Shown one piece after another: positions 53,790 through 64,000 of a DNA stretch of 64,000 nucleotides. The position numbers and the translations under genes are program-made. Positions within the stretch are counted from its first letter, which is position 1; every line of letters starts with the position of its first letter. The stretch covers positions 78,990,001 to 79,054,000 of the forward strand of contig NC_086097.1 in the NCBI RefSeq assembly GCF_963921235.1, read 5' to 3'. The notes below the pieces were generated by a model. It had not been told where the DNA came from, did not search any database, and worked only from the letters and a program-made list of their open reading frames with translations. The stretch comes from Mobula hypostoma (taxonomy: Eukaryota).

Positions 53790-56700
53790 TCTCAGGAACG
53801 CAGGTACAACAGCTGGAAGTGATATCATGGCTGGCCGGAACTGAGGTTGCAAGTGGGGAAGGGGACTTCTGGCCCTGACCTTTCAGGGACCATGACAACT
53901 ATTCCTTAGCATCCTCCTGGCCAATGTACAGTTGATGGAGAGCAAGATAGAGGACCTAAGAGCAAAATGCTGTATTGGAGGAAAATGAGTAATTGCTGTG
54001 TTCGGTTTCACTGAGACATGGCTCACTACATCCCTCCCACCACAACACTCCGGACACTGTGCTCCAGTCTGACGGGTTCTCAATGTACTGGATGAACTGG
54101 ACAGCAGCTTCTAGAAATGGCTGGGGTGCCAGCATCCGCTTTACGATGAACTCATCGCGGTGCTTCGATACTGTGGTCTTGTCTCACTCTTTTTCACCCA
54201 ATCTGGAACATTGAATGATTAAGTGCCCACCATTCTACTGTGCTTATCAAAGAGTTCTCTACTGTGATCTTGTCTGTAGTTTACCTACCACCAAAAGCAG
54301 ATGTGAAGCTAGTATTTGATGTATTGAATGCCATGATTAACAAGCAAAAAACAGCCTACCCCAACACTTTTCACATCCTTGCCGAAGATTTCAATCAGGC
54401 TACCTTGAAGAAATCTCTGCCCAAGTACTACCAGCATATCACCTGCAACACCAGAGGGCCAAACACACTCAAGCACTGCTACACTACCATTAAGAACACC
54501 TACTTTTCCATCCCTCGACTGCATTTTGGAAAATCTGACATCTGGATGACCTCCTCCTACCTGCACATAGGTGGAGACTAAAGAGCAAGTCATCAAAGGC
54601 AAGGACAACAAAGTGGGCCATGGGACGCAGAGGACCTGCTACGGGACTACTTCGAGTCACTGAACTAGACCATGTGTATGGATTCATCTGAAGACCTGAA
54701 TGAAAATGCCACAGTTGTCATGGATTTTGTAATGTCAAATGTGAACAAGTATGACCCCACAAAATCATTCTGAATCTTCCCCAACCAGGAGCCCTGGATT
54801 AAACAAGAGAATCACAGTCTGCTGTGGGCTAGATTGATGGCATTTAGGACTAGCAATCCAGGAAGTAAAAGAGGTCCAGGTACGACCTTCTGAAGGCTAT
54901 CTCACGTGCAAAGTAGCAACTCCACACTAAACTTCAATCAGGGACGCTTGACAACTGTGGCAGGGTTTGAATGCCACCGACTAACTGGAGTGTTTATGGA
55001 CATCTTCAACCTCTTATCAGCAATATGCTTCAAGCAGGCATTAATCAAAATGATCCCAAGAAGATTGTGGTAACCTGCCTCAGTGACTATTGTCTAGTGG
55101 CACTTACATCCACCATGTTGAGGTGTTTCGAGAGGTCGGTCATGAAGCCTATCAACTGCCTGAGGAATGACCTGGAGCCAATCCAATTTGCCCACTCTTA
55201 CAACAGCAGATACCATCTCATTGGCTCTTCACTCAGCTCTGGGAACACCTGGACAATGAAGACGCATACATCAGGATGCTCTTCACTGACTACAGCTCAG
55301 CATTCAACATTACCATCTCCTCAAAACTCATCACTATGCTCCAAGACCTAGCCCTCTGTACTCCCGAGTAACTGGATCCTGGATTTCCTCACCTGCAGAG
55401 CCCAGTTAGTACAGATTGGCGTCAGCATCTCCTCCACACTCACCATCAGCAGAGGTGCACAAGTCACTATGTACTTACAATCAATCTTTGCATACAAGCT
55501 ATCTTATGTATTTATATTTATTGTGTTATTTTTATTAATGTGTATTCTGTGCTGCATCGGATCCAGAATAACAAAAGTTCCTAACACACCCTTTTAGTTG
55601 GCCAAATCAAATGTGGTGATGAAGCAGCATGTAGGAGGGAGATTAAAAAACTGTTTGAGAGATACCTCAACAACAGCCCCTCACTCAATGCCAGCAAAAC
55701 CAAAGAGCTGTTTATTGACTACAGGAGACAGATGCCAGAGGATTATGAGTCAGTCCTCATCAGGGAGACACAAGAGAGGGTTAATAGCTTTAAATTTAAA
55801 CAGAGGTGGAGCGAAGTGATGGCGCTTGTGGGCAACTCCTCTGCTTGCGTCTTCAGAAACAGCTCTATTTCTATCTCCGATATCTCTTTTTTTACCTTTC
55901 CAAAATTCTTTTGAAGACCCTGACCTGGAGTTACACTCTAACCAGTTCTTTGTGGGAATGGGACCCACTCTCAGGGCCACACGACCGGCCGCTTTTTGAT
56001 ATCCCAAGGACGCGGTCTGAAAGACTAGCATGCCTTCAGGGTGCCAGATTTTTGTGGTTCTGGAGAGGGGCTGACTCAAGGCCGATGCCCCTGACCGAGG
56101 CATTGCGGGAGAACACAGAACATTGGGAGCAGTGGTTTAGCTGTCGTGGGCAGTGTCCAGAGACCTGAGCTCTCTGGGTGCTGAGCTCGGAAAAAGTGAC
56201 GCAACAGACTTTTAACATCATAAATCAGAGAGTTGTTTGTTATGTCTCCCCTCCTGCTGTGAAACAGGAACACCTCTTTTTCACTTATTAGGGAGAGGGA
56301 CAGAGAGCCTGTGGTATGTTGAATTTACTGCAAGTCTGTGTCTTTACTGGTGCTTTGCTGCTCACTTGAATGTTCGGTGGGGGGGGGGCCCATGCTTTTT
56401 TGCTGGTGGGGGGGGTGTCTTTGCCTTGCTGCTGCTTGTGCGTGGGAGTGGGGAAACTGGTGGGGGGGGCTTTGGGGTTCTAACACTTAACTCATTCATT
56501 CTTTGGGGCACTCCTCTGTCTTCATGGATATTTGCGAAGAAAAAGAATTTCAGGATGTATATTATATACATTTATCTGACATTAAATGTACCTATTGAAA
56601 CCTACTGAAATTCCTTGGCATTAACACATCAGAGGATCTAACCTGGGACCAACAAAGAAGGCACATCATCATCACTTTTACTTTCTTAAAAGTTTGCATA

Positions 56701-57262
56701 GATTCAGAATGACACCAAAAACTTTGATCAACTTCTACGGGTGCACATTGGGGAATATCATAATGGTGCATCACGGCCTGCTGTGGAAATACCAGTGCCC
56801 ACGAATAGAAAAGTCTACAGGCAAAGTCCTCCCCACCGTTGAGCACGTGTACCTGGAGTGCTGCAAAAGAAAACAGCATCCTGAATCAAAGACAACATCC
56901 CATCCCCACTCTACCAGCCAGGCCTAGCCCTCTTCATGTGATTACCTTTGGATGGGGTTACAGAAGCCTTAGGTCCCACACCACCAGGTTGAGGAACAAT
57001 TATTACTCAACCACCATCAGGCTCCTGAAATGGCGTGGATAACTTCAATAACCACTTCTGTGAACTGAATGTAAAATGAAGAGACTCACTTTCATAGACT
57101 CTTTGCAACTCACGAATTCAGTATTATTTTTACTTGTGCAGTTTGTCCTCCTCACAAATTAGTGTTCTCCAGGCTTCGGCTACACATAGTTCTTTGCAAA
57201 ATTCTATGGCATTTTTTTCCTATAAATGCCTGTAAGAAAGTGAATCTCTAAATGTACTTTGA
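53790..57262 (+). mobile_element. REX1-clade LINE, near full ORF span, decayed, with nested insertions
   Basis: PSILLANVQ, FTETWL, VYLPP, DFNQ, RMLFTDYSSAFN, RVNSFKF|LGIN, YRSLRSHTTRLRNNYY. Confidence 0.85.
55797..56607 (+). mobile_element. Non-coding ~0.8-kb non-autonomous retroelement (copy 2), inserted in REX1 RT
   Basis: Homologous to 1454-2281; AAATT duplicated at 55792-55796 and 56608-56612; removal restores REX1 frame RVNSFKFLGIN. Confidence 0.85.
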
Positions 57263-58375
57263 ACATGAATTGACAGATATGAAACAGATTAGGGATAAAC
57301 AGGTATCATTCTGGCAGATAGGCAGTGATTCGTGGGATCAGTTCATGTGTCCATCTACTCACAATAAATAGCAATGATTTGGGTGAGGGAACAAAATCTA
57401 CCATTTCCAATGCAAAGCTAATTGACATTGGGAGCTGCGTGGAGAATGCAAAGGGTTTCCATTGTGATTCAAACAATTTGGGTAGGCAGGCAAATGCATT
57501 GGATGTTATCAACATTAGTTTAAAAAAAAATCTAAATGGTAATAGATTTGGAAAAGGGAAGGTGCAAAAAAAACCTGTGCCTCTTTGTATACCAGTCACT
57601 TTAAGCAAGTATTCGATCGCTAGAAGCAGGTAGAAAAGCAAATAAGCATGCTGACCTTCACTACAAGGGACTGAGTACAAAAGCAAGGACATCTTACTAA
57701 TTACAGAGATTTTTGGTGAGATTCCATCTCCTTTACTAGTGAAGAATGATCTTATAATTGAGGAAGTGCAACAAAGGTTAAAAGACTGAGTCCTAGGATA
57801 GCAGAATTGATATTAAGTAGAGATTGAGTTGATAGGACTTTATGTAGTGTGGTCTTCAGAAAACAGAAGGGATTCAACAGAACCTTGAACAATTCTGACA
57901 GGATTTAAACAAACCAGATGCAAGAAAGATGTTCTTGATATCTTGCATGTAGGGTAACAGCCGCAGGACATGCAATGTGTCATTCAGAACAAGGATCAGG
58001 AGAAATTTTCTCATCCAGCGGGTGATGTATCTGTGTATTTCTCTATAACAGAAAGCTGTAGAGGCCAGGTAATTAGATATTTTCAATAAGGAGATGGATA
58101 TTTTACATAATGCTGAAGGAATTAAGAGATACGAGAAGAAAAAGTGACAATCAGCTATGATATGAAATGGTTGGACTAGGCCTAAATAGACTGCACCTAG
58201 ACATATTTTCTGTGTTTCTATGTTTGTGCCTGTTTAAAACAGCATTCCAGCTTTTGATACAGATAATATGATTCCAGCAACGCAGATTTCAGCATTGGTT
58301 TTGCTGAGATCTGGCTCAGAAACAATATTTTTTTGATGCATACTTGAAATTCTAAACGTGTTACACATAACATAC

Positions 58376-58441
58376 CTGAGGTACTGGTACTTAATTCACC
58401 ACTTCCGCTCTCCACTATCAACTGAGAACTGGAACTCTGTT
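58376..58441 (-). CDS. ZFYVE26: ZFYVE26 exon (66 nt, phase 1-1): QSSSSQLIVESGSGELSTSTS
   Basis: Acceptor ttgtctttaatag|, donor TCAG|gtatgt; ELSTSTS motif; phase fits next exon. Confidence 0.85.
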
Positions 58442-59269
58442 CTATTAAAGACAAAATAGAGAAATTGGAATGCTAAGGTCGAAAAATAACTGATAGAAAT
58501 GAGAAGATTCAGCAACTCCAATACGACAAACTCCACTAAAATGTTCATTTGTTAATGAACTCCCTTTTGTCTACAGATATTCTGTAAGCATTTAAACAGA
58601 GGCTTGGTCTAATCTTTCAATTGATTTCAGTGCACTACCTTCTGCAGGAAAAGTGTGTGTGTTCAGTACAAGAAACAGTGGCACTTTGCAGGTAAGGAGA
58701 TTGAAGACCATTAAACTCACATACAGAAACAAAAATGAGAAAATCCGTACTGGATAGAGAGGAGACAAAAAGACAAAAGGCCTCAGAATACATTTTTGAT
58801 TTGCAATATTAATTAAATTCACTGGAACCAAGAACTTACAAAAATTATTTTTTATGCTACCTACTGACCAACTTTCAACATCCTCTGGCAGTAATTATAA
58901 CTCACCATACTATTAAGTATTCATATCCATCTGAATACACTACCCCTATCCTTTTCTGGTAAAGGTGGATGAGAAGTGAGTGAGTGCAACAATTCCATGC
59001 CATTAAATAAAACAATAAATGGCAGCAGCACTCAAAAGGTCAAGCACCTTATGTGAAGAATGAATCTGAATTCTTCAGTTCAATGAAATTTCATATTAAC
59101 AGGGAGTTAGAAAACAGTTGATGATAGAGCAAACTGTGAGTGGGTAATAAAGATTTAGTAGTTGTAGCTGGTCTGCCTGGACAAGATATATGTAGATAGA
59201 GAGAAAAAAAATTAAAAGGTGCTTTAATTATGTGGTACAGAACACTGCAACTAATGAAAATTTGACATA

Positions 59270-59720
59270 AAAGACAATGATGAAACTATCCAACAAGGCA
59301 GACAGCACCCATGAGACTGAAAAACCAAGTTAGCATTATATGTGGTAACATTTCATCAGAACTGGACAGTTCCAATACACACTGGAAAGGTTGGTTATTT
59401 GAAATTGTTGAATTTCATGTTTGGTCCTAAGGGCTGCAATATTCCTCAATGAAAGTTGCAATGCCATTCCTCATATTTATATTGGGCTTCAATAGAAAAC
59501 TGCATGACTCCAAGGACAAAATAGGGGATAGAAAATGAACATGACATGAAACTAGAACATCATGGTGTCCCTTGGTGTTCAGTCATCTATGGTAATTCTG
59601 AAGTCCCACGCAGCCTATCACCTTAATTCTTCATTCATTCCCACTCTGACCTGTCTGTCTGTGGCATTTTTCACTGTTTCAATAAAGCTCAAGAACAGCA
59701 TCTTGTCTTCTAACTAGGAA
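59270..59720. mobile_element. Decayed Penelope-like fragments in both orientations
   Basis: Minus-strand terminal repeat with ccagttctgatgaaa at ~59353-59367; plus-strand GIY-YIG-region DNA at 59620-59720. Confidence 0.5.
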
Positions 59721-60750
59721 CTTAAGAAATAGAAGTATGCTATTTGGCTCCCCTCATCTGCCCTGCTTTTAAATAAACTAACTTTTTACCTCAGCACAAA
59801 TTTTCTACTCCAACCTCAAATTCCTTTCATAACTAGACAACAAATCTATCAATCTATCCTGAATATAAGTAACGACTGCCTGCACAGTTCTCTTCTAGAA
59901 AACTCCAAAGATTCACAAAACTCGAGTGAAGAAACGCCTTATAACCTCTGTACTAAATGGCTGTACCCTGTTATGTTTAAGGCTGAAAGCTCTGGTTCCA
60001 AATATTCCTGCCAAGGGAATCATCAATTCCAGGTCTACCTTAGTCCACTACATTTCAAAAAAAAATTCAACATTCATTCTTCAAAAATATGGAGAATACA
60101 GGCATGTCCTGCTTAATCTCTTGTCAGACAAACCCATCATTCCAATGATCAGTCAATCAGCCTTCAGTTTTTCTTCTACAAGTCCATCTTTCCTTGTGCA
60201 ATGAGATCACACCTGTCCACAATATTCCTGATCTCATCTTCATGGAGGTCTACATAAATGGACTGTGAGGGAATCTACTTTTGTACTCAAATTCTCTTAA
60301 AAAGGCCAATTGGCATTCCTCATTTTCTGATGAATCTGCATATTAACTTTTCATGATTCACATCCAAATATAACTGAACATCCACCCATTTAATGTACCA
60401 CTATCAATTCTTTTTTCCACCAAAGTGCATGACTTCATATTTTCCTCATTATATTCCATCTCCTGTTTGCATAGCCTATCTATACCCATCGAGAGCCTGA
60501 ACCTGCATGCTCCACACAATACACATCTAGTCAGAGCTATGGAGAAAGGCTCTTCGGCCCAAGTTGTGCATGCCAATTAAAGTGCTGACCAGAGCTAGCC
60601 CCATTCTGCTGCATTCTGCCCATAGCCCACTAAAACTTTGCATCCATGTACCTGCCGAGAGGTCTTTTAGACATTATTGGACCCACCTCCATCAACTCAT
60701 TCCACATATTCACCACGTGTGCAAAAATTTGCTCCTTGGGTCCCTTTAAA
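59720..60750 (-). mobile_element. Decayed CR1 3' fragments
   Basis: Reverse-strand CR1 3' UTR and RT C-terminal patches. Confidence 0.55.
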
Positions 60751-61343
60751 TCTTAAAAGAGGGCAAACAACATTGCAAGAATTAGTGGGAAGCTAGAGGA
60801 TTGGGCAGTTTTTAAAAAACCAGTAGAAGGTAAGGGTTACCCTATGAGGAACCTCTGGCAGCTCTTGGGCTGTATTCCCTGGAGTTCGGGAGAATGAAGG
60901 GGGAATCTCATAGAAACATTCCAAATGTTAAAAACCCTGAACAGATTAGATATGGCAAAGTTATTTCCCATGGTAGTGGAGTCTAGGACAAGAGGACGCG
61001 ACCAGGATTGAACAGAGGTGCAGAGAAATTACTTTAGTCAGGGGGTGGTAAATCTGTGGAATTTATTGCCAACAGCGGCTGTGGAGGCCAAGTCATTGGC
61101 TGCATTTAAGGCAGAGGTAGATAGGTTCTTGATTAGCCAGGGCAAAGGATATGGAGAAAAGGCAGGGGAGTGGGGATGACTGGAAGAATTGGATCAGCGC
61201 ATGATTTAATGGCAGAGCACTCGATGGGCCGAATAGTCTACCTCTACTCCTATATATTATGGTCTTATAGTCTAAAAAAAGCAACAAGGGGAAAAAAGAT
61301 GCAGTAACGGTAAACTAGTCAATAATGTAAGAGGATACCAAAA

Positions 61344-61383
61344 GTGTGTGTGCGCGCGTTGTGTGTGGTGTGTGTGTGTGTGT

Positions 61384-61440
<57 letters not shown>

Positions 61441-61455
61441 CGCGCGCACGCGCGC
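61344..61455. repeat. (TG)n/(CG)n alternating purine-pyrimidine microsatellite
   Basis: gtgtgtgtgcgcgcg...(tg)n...gcgcgcgcgcgcgcgcacgcgcgca. Confidence 0.97.
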
Positions 61456-62130
61456 AACACTGGACATCAGATTGCTGGAAAATGACGCTAGAGTAATAGT
61501 AATGGCAGACAAACTGAATGAGTATCTTGCAGCAGAGTTCACTGCAGATGACACTAGCAACATGCCAGAAATTGGAGAATTAGGGGAAAAAGTGAATACA
61601 CTCACTGTTATTAAGGAGATGGTAATTGAGAAGCTGAAAAGACTGAAGGTAGATAAGTCACCTGGTGTAGATGAACTACATCTCAGGGTTCTTCAGTAAG
61701 TAGTTGAAGAGACTGCGGAGGTATTAGTAGTGATCTTTCAAGAATCATTAATGAAGAATAGTTCTAGAGGACTGCAAAATCACAAATGTTGCTCCACTCT
61801 TTAAGGTTGGAGGGAGACAAGAAATAGGAAATTATAGACCAGTTATTCTGAGTTCAGTGATTAGTAAGATGTTAGAGTCCATTATTAAGGATGAGGCCTC
61901 AGGTTATGTGGAAGCACATGATAAAAGTAGGCTGAAATTAACATGGTTTCCTAAAGGTAGATCTTCCCTTACAATTCTGTTGGGATTGATTTGAAATTCT
62001 CTAAGTAACAAACATGATAGATAAAGGGGAGTCAGTGGATGGCGCTTACTTGTATTTTCAGAGGTCTTTTGACACGAGGCTGCTAAACAAAATATAAGCT
62101 GGTAGTATTACAGAAAAGATACTGGCATGG

Positions 62131-62227
62131 GGGTGTGTCCTGACGAAGGGTTCCGGCCCAAAACGTCGACCGATCTTTTCCACGGATGCTGCCCGACCTG
62201 CTGAGTTCCTCCAGCGTGTTGTGAGTG
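62131..62227 (+). mobile_element. ~97-nt PLE-derived insertion: minimal hammerhead motif plus terminal tail
   Basis: GUC-CUGACGA-A-GGGU-UCCG-GCCC-AAAAC-GUC-GAC, then gatgctgcccgacctgctgagttcctccagc; interrupts CR1 RT after ...KILAW. Confidence 0.8.
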
Positions 62228-63285
62228 ATATTAGACTGGCCAACTGGCAAAAGGCAAATAGTAGGACTAAAGGGGATCCTTCTGGTTGGCTGCCGGTGAC
62301 TAAGGGAGTTCCGCAGCAGTCTGTATTGGGACCACTCCTTTTCATGTTACATGCAATGATCCGGATGATGGAACTGATGGGCTTTGTGGCCAAGTTTTCA
62401 GGTACACAGCTACATACAAATATCGATGGAGGGCAGGCAGTGCTGAGAGTGCAGGGGAGCCTACTTGGAGATTGAGAGAATGAGCAATGAAATGGCAGAT
62501 GGAATACAGCACAGGGAAGCATACGGTCATGCACATTGGTAGAAGAAATAAGGGTGTATATTTCAAAACAGGGAGCAAACTCAGAAATCAGAGACGCAAC
62601 GGGACTTGGATGTCCTAGTAGGGATTCCCGAAAAGTGAGGTTGCAGGTTGATTCAGTGGTAAGGAAGACAAATGCAATGAGAGCATTCATTTCAAGAGGA
62701 CTAGAATACACAGCAAAAATGTGATGCTGAAGCTTTAAAAAATGTTGGTCAGATGTTGATGACCAGCCCAAATGGTGTCAGAGGGTCCAGAGGAGGACTA
62801 TGAGAATCAACCCAGAGATGAAAGGGTTAACATACAAGGTGCATTTGATGCCTTTGGGCCTGTACTCACTGGAGTTTGGAAGAAAGAGGGGGGGATCTCA
62901 TTGAGACCTATTGAATGTTGAAAAGCTGAGATTACAGTGGAAGTGGAGAGGATGTTTCCAGCAATTGGCAGAGTCTAGGACCAGATGGCACAGCTTTAAA
63001 ATAAAAAGGTGCCGCTTTAGAATAGAGATAAAGCCAGATTTATTTAGCCAGAGCGGTGAATTTGTGGAATTTATTGCCAGACATTTATGGAGGATAATTT
63101 TTATATTCATAAATTTATAATTTAAAGCAGAGGTTGAAAGATTTTTGATTAGTAAGGATGTCAAAGGTTAGATGGAAAAGGCAGAACAATGGGGTTGAGG
63201 GAATAATAAATCAGACATGATCGAATGGCAGAGCACACTCAATGAGCCAAATAGCCCAATTCGCTTCCACCTTATGGTCTGTCCT

Positions 63286-64000
63286 AAGCCCATCATAATT
63301 TTATAAATCTCTGAAAGGTCCTTCTTCATACTCATTTGTCTATCTAAACGCCTCTTAAACTCCAACAAACGGCCTGATTCCAGTACTACCCCTAGTAATC
63401 CATTCCAGGTGGCTAACACTCTGCACAAAACCTTCAGCCCTGCAATCCCTCTCATCTTAAAGTATGTCATCTGCTGTTTGATATTTTTACCCTGGGGAAC
63501 AGATTCTGACTCTCAATGCCTCTCAATTTTAAAAACCTCTTATCAGGTCTCCCCTCAGCCTCCAATGCTCTATGGAAAACAGCCCAAGTTTGTCCAACTT
63601 ATCCTTGTATCTCATACCCTCTAATCCAGGTAGTATCCTGATGTACAACTTCTGCACCTTTTCCACAATCTCCTCATCCTTCCAGTGATGGGGTAATCAG
63701 AACTGCATACAATACTCCATGTAGTTTGACTGAGGCTTTATACAGCTGCAGCATGACTTCCTTACTCTGATACTCAACATCCCTACCAATGAAAGCAAGC
63801 ATTCCATATGCCTTCTTCACCACCTTACCCACTTGTGTAACCATTTGCAGTGAACCGTGGACCTGGACCCCAAGATCCCTCAGTACCACAATGCTATTAA
63901 GGGGTCTACTATTAAATGTATACTTTCTCCTTTCACTTGACCTCCCAAAAGTGCAAAACTCAGACTTTCCCGGATTAAACCTCACCTGCCCCTTTTCTGG
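63286..64000 (-). mobile_element. CR1 3' region running off the window end
   Basis: ORF 63674..63985 MRFNPGKSE...RDLGVQVHGSL...VVKKAYGMLAFIGR. Confidence 0.88.

Larger units (their letters stand above)
49790..58220 (+). mobile_element. Old CR1 sequence (probably two copies) fragmented by nested insertions
   Basis: CR1 ORF2-like sequence resumes collinearly across the inserts at ~50450/52197, 52749/53443 and ~53790/57265. Confidence 0.65.
60755..63285 (+). mobile_element. CR1 LINE ORF2 fragment with nested CR1 3' piece (~60835-61272), microsatellite and hammerhead insert
   Basis: MADKLNEYLAAEFT, EKLKRLKVDKSPG, SGWLPVTKGVPQQSVLGPLLF; tail cttatggtct. Confidence 0.85.

Noticed and set aside
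58592..58642. Acceptor-like site ttttcctgcag| on minus strand
   Set aside because: The frame closes at TAA with no plausible donor.
58906..58955. Candidate extra ZFYVE26 exon (accag|...tatg|gtgagt on minus strand)
   Set aside because: The phase-1 frame needed to join exon 58376-58441 contains stop codons; no recognisable spastizin similarity.
62058..62771. 237-aa minus-strand ORF
   Set aside because: Antisense shadow of the CR1 RT region plus the hammerhead insert; no independent protein features.

Overview
Vertebrate nuclear DNA, not prokaryotic. The repeat complement suggests a cartilaginous fish, probably a ray or skate (inference). The window holds the middle of one large minus-strand gene, ZFYVE26 (spastizin/SPG15). 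I traced 19 consecutive phase-compatible coding exons from 58441 down to 2337 (3455 nt, about 1151 codons), including the complete FYVE finger; the gene's start and end lie outside the window. Splice features of note are one GC-AG intron, a 29-nt micro-exon and a NAGNAG acceptor. The introns are packed with retroelements: a full-length L1 with a 12-bp TSD, several CR1 and REX1 LINEs, RTE and Penelope-like (PLE) fragments, tRNA-derived SINEs and a solo LTR. DNA transposons include an IR/DR Tc1, a hAT Buster/Charlie element with a nested palindromic MITE, and Tigger-like and Tc1-like non-autonomous elements. The most interesting non-coding signal is a family of minimal type-I hammerhead ribozyme motifs (GUC-CUGANGA-stem II-GAAAC-GUC-GAC) in PLE terminal repeats, including a ~97-nt insertion that is almost only the ribozyme. 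Two SINEs share a tRNA head but carry different tails, and a non-coding ~0.8-kb element carries a REX1-like 3' end. I found no convincing wholly new protein-coding system. Repeat family names come from recognised motifs, not database searches.
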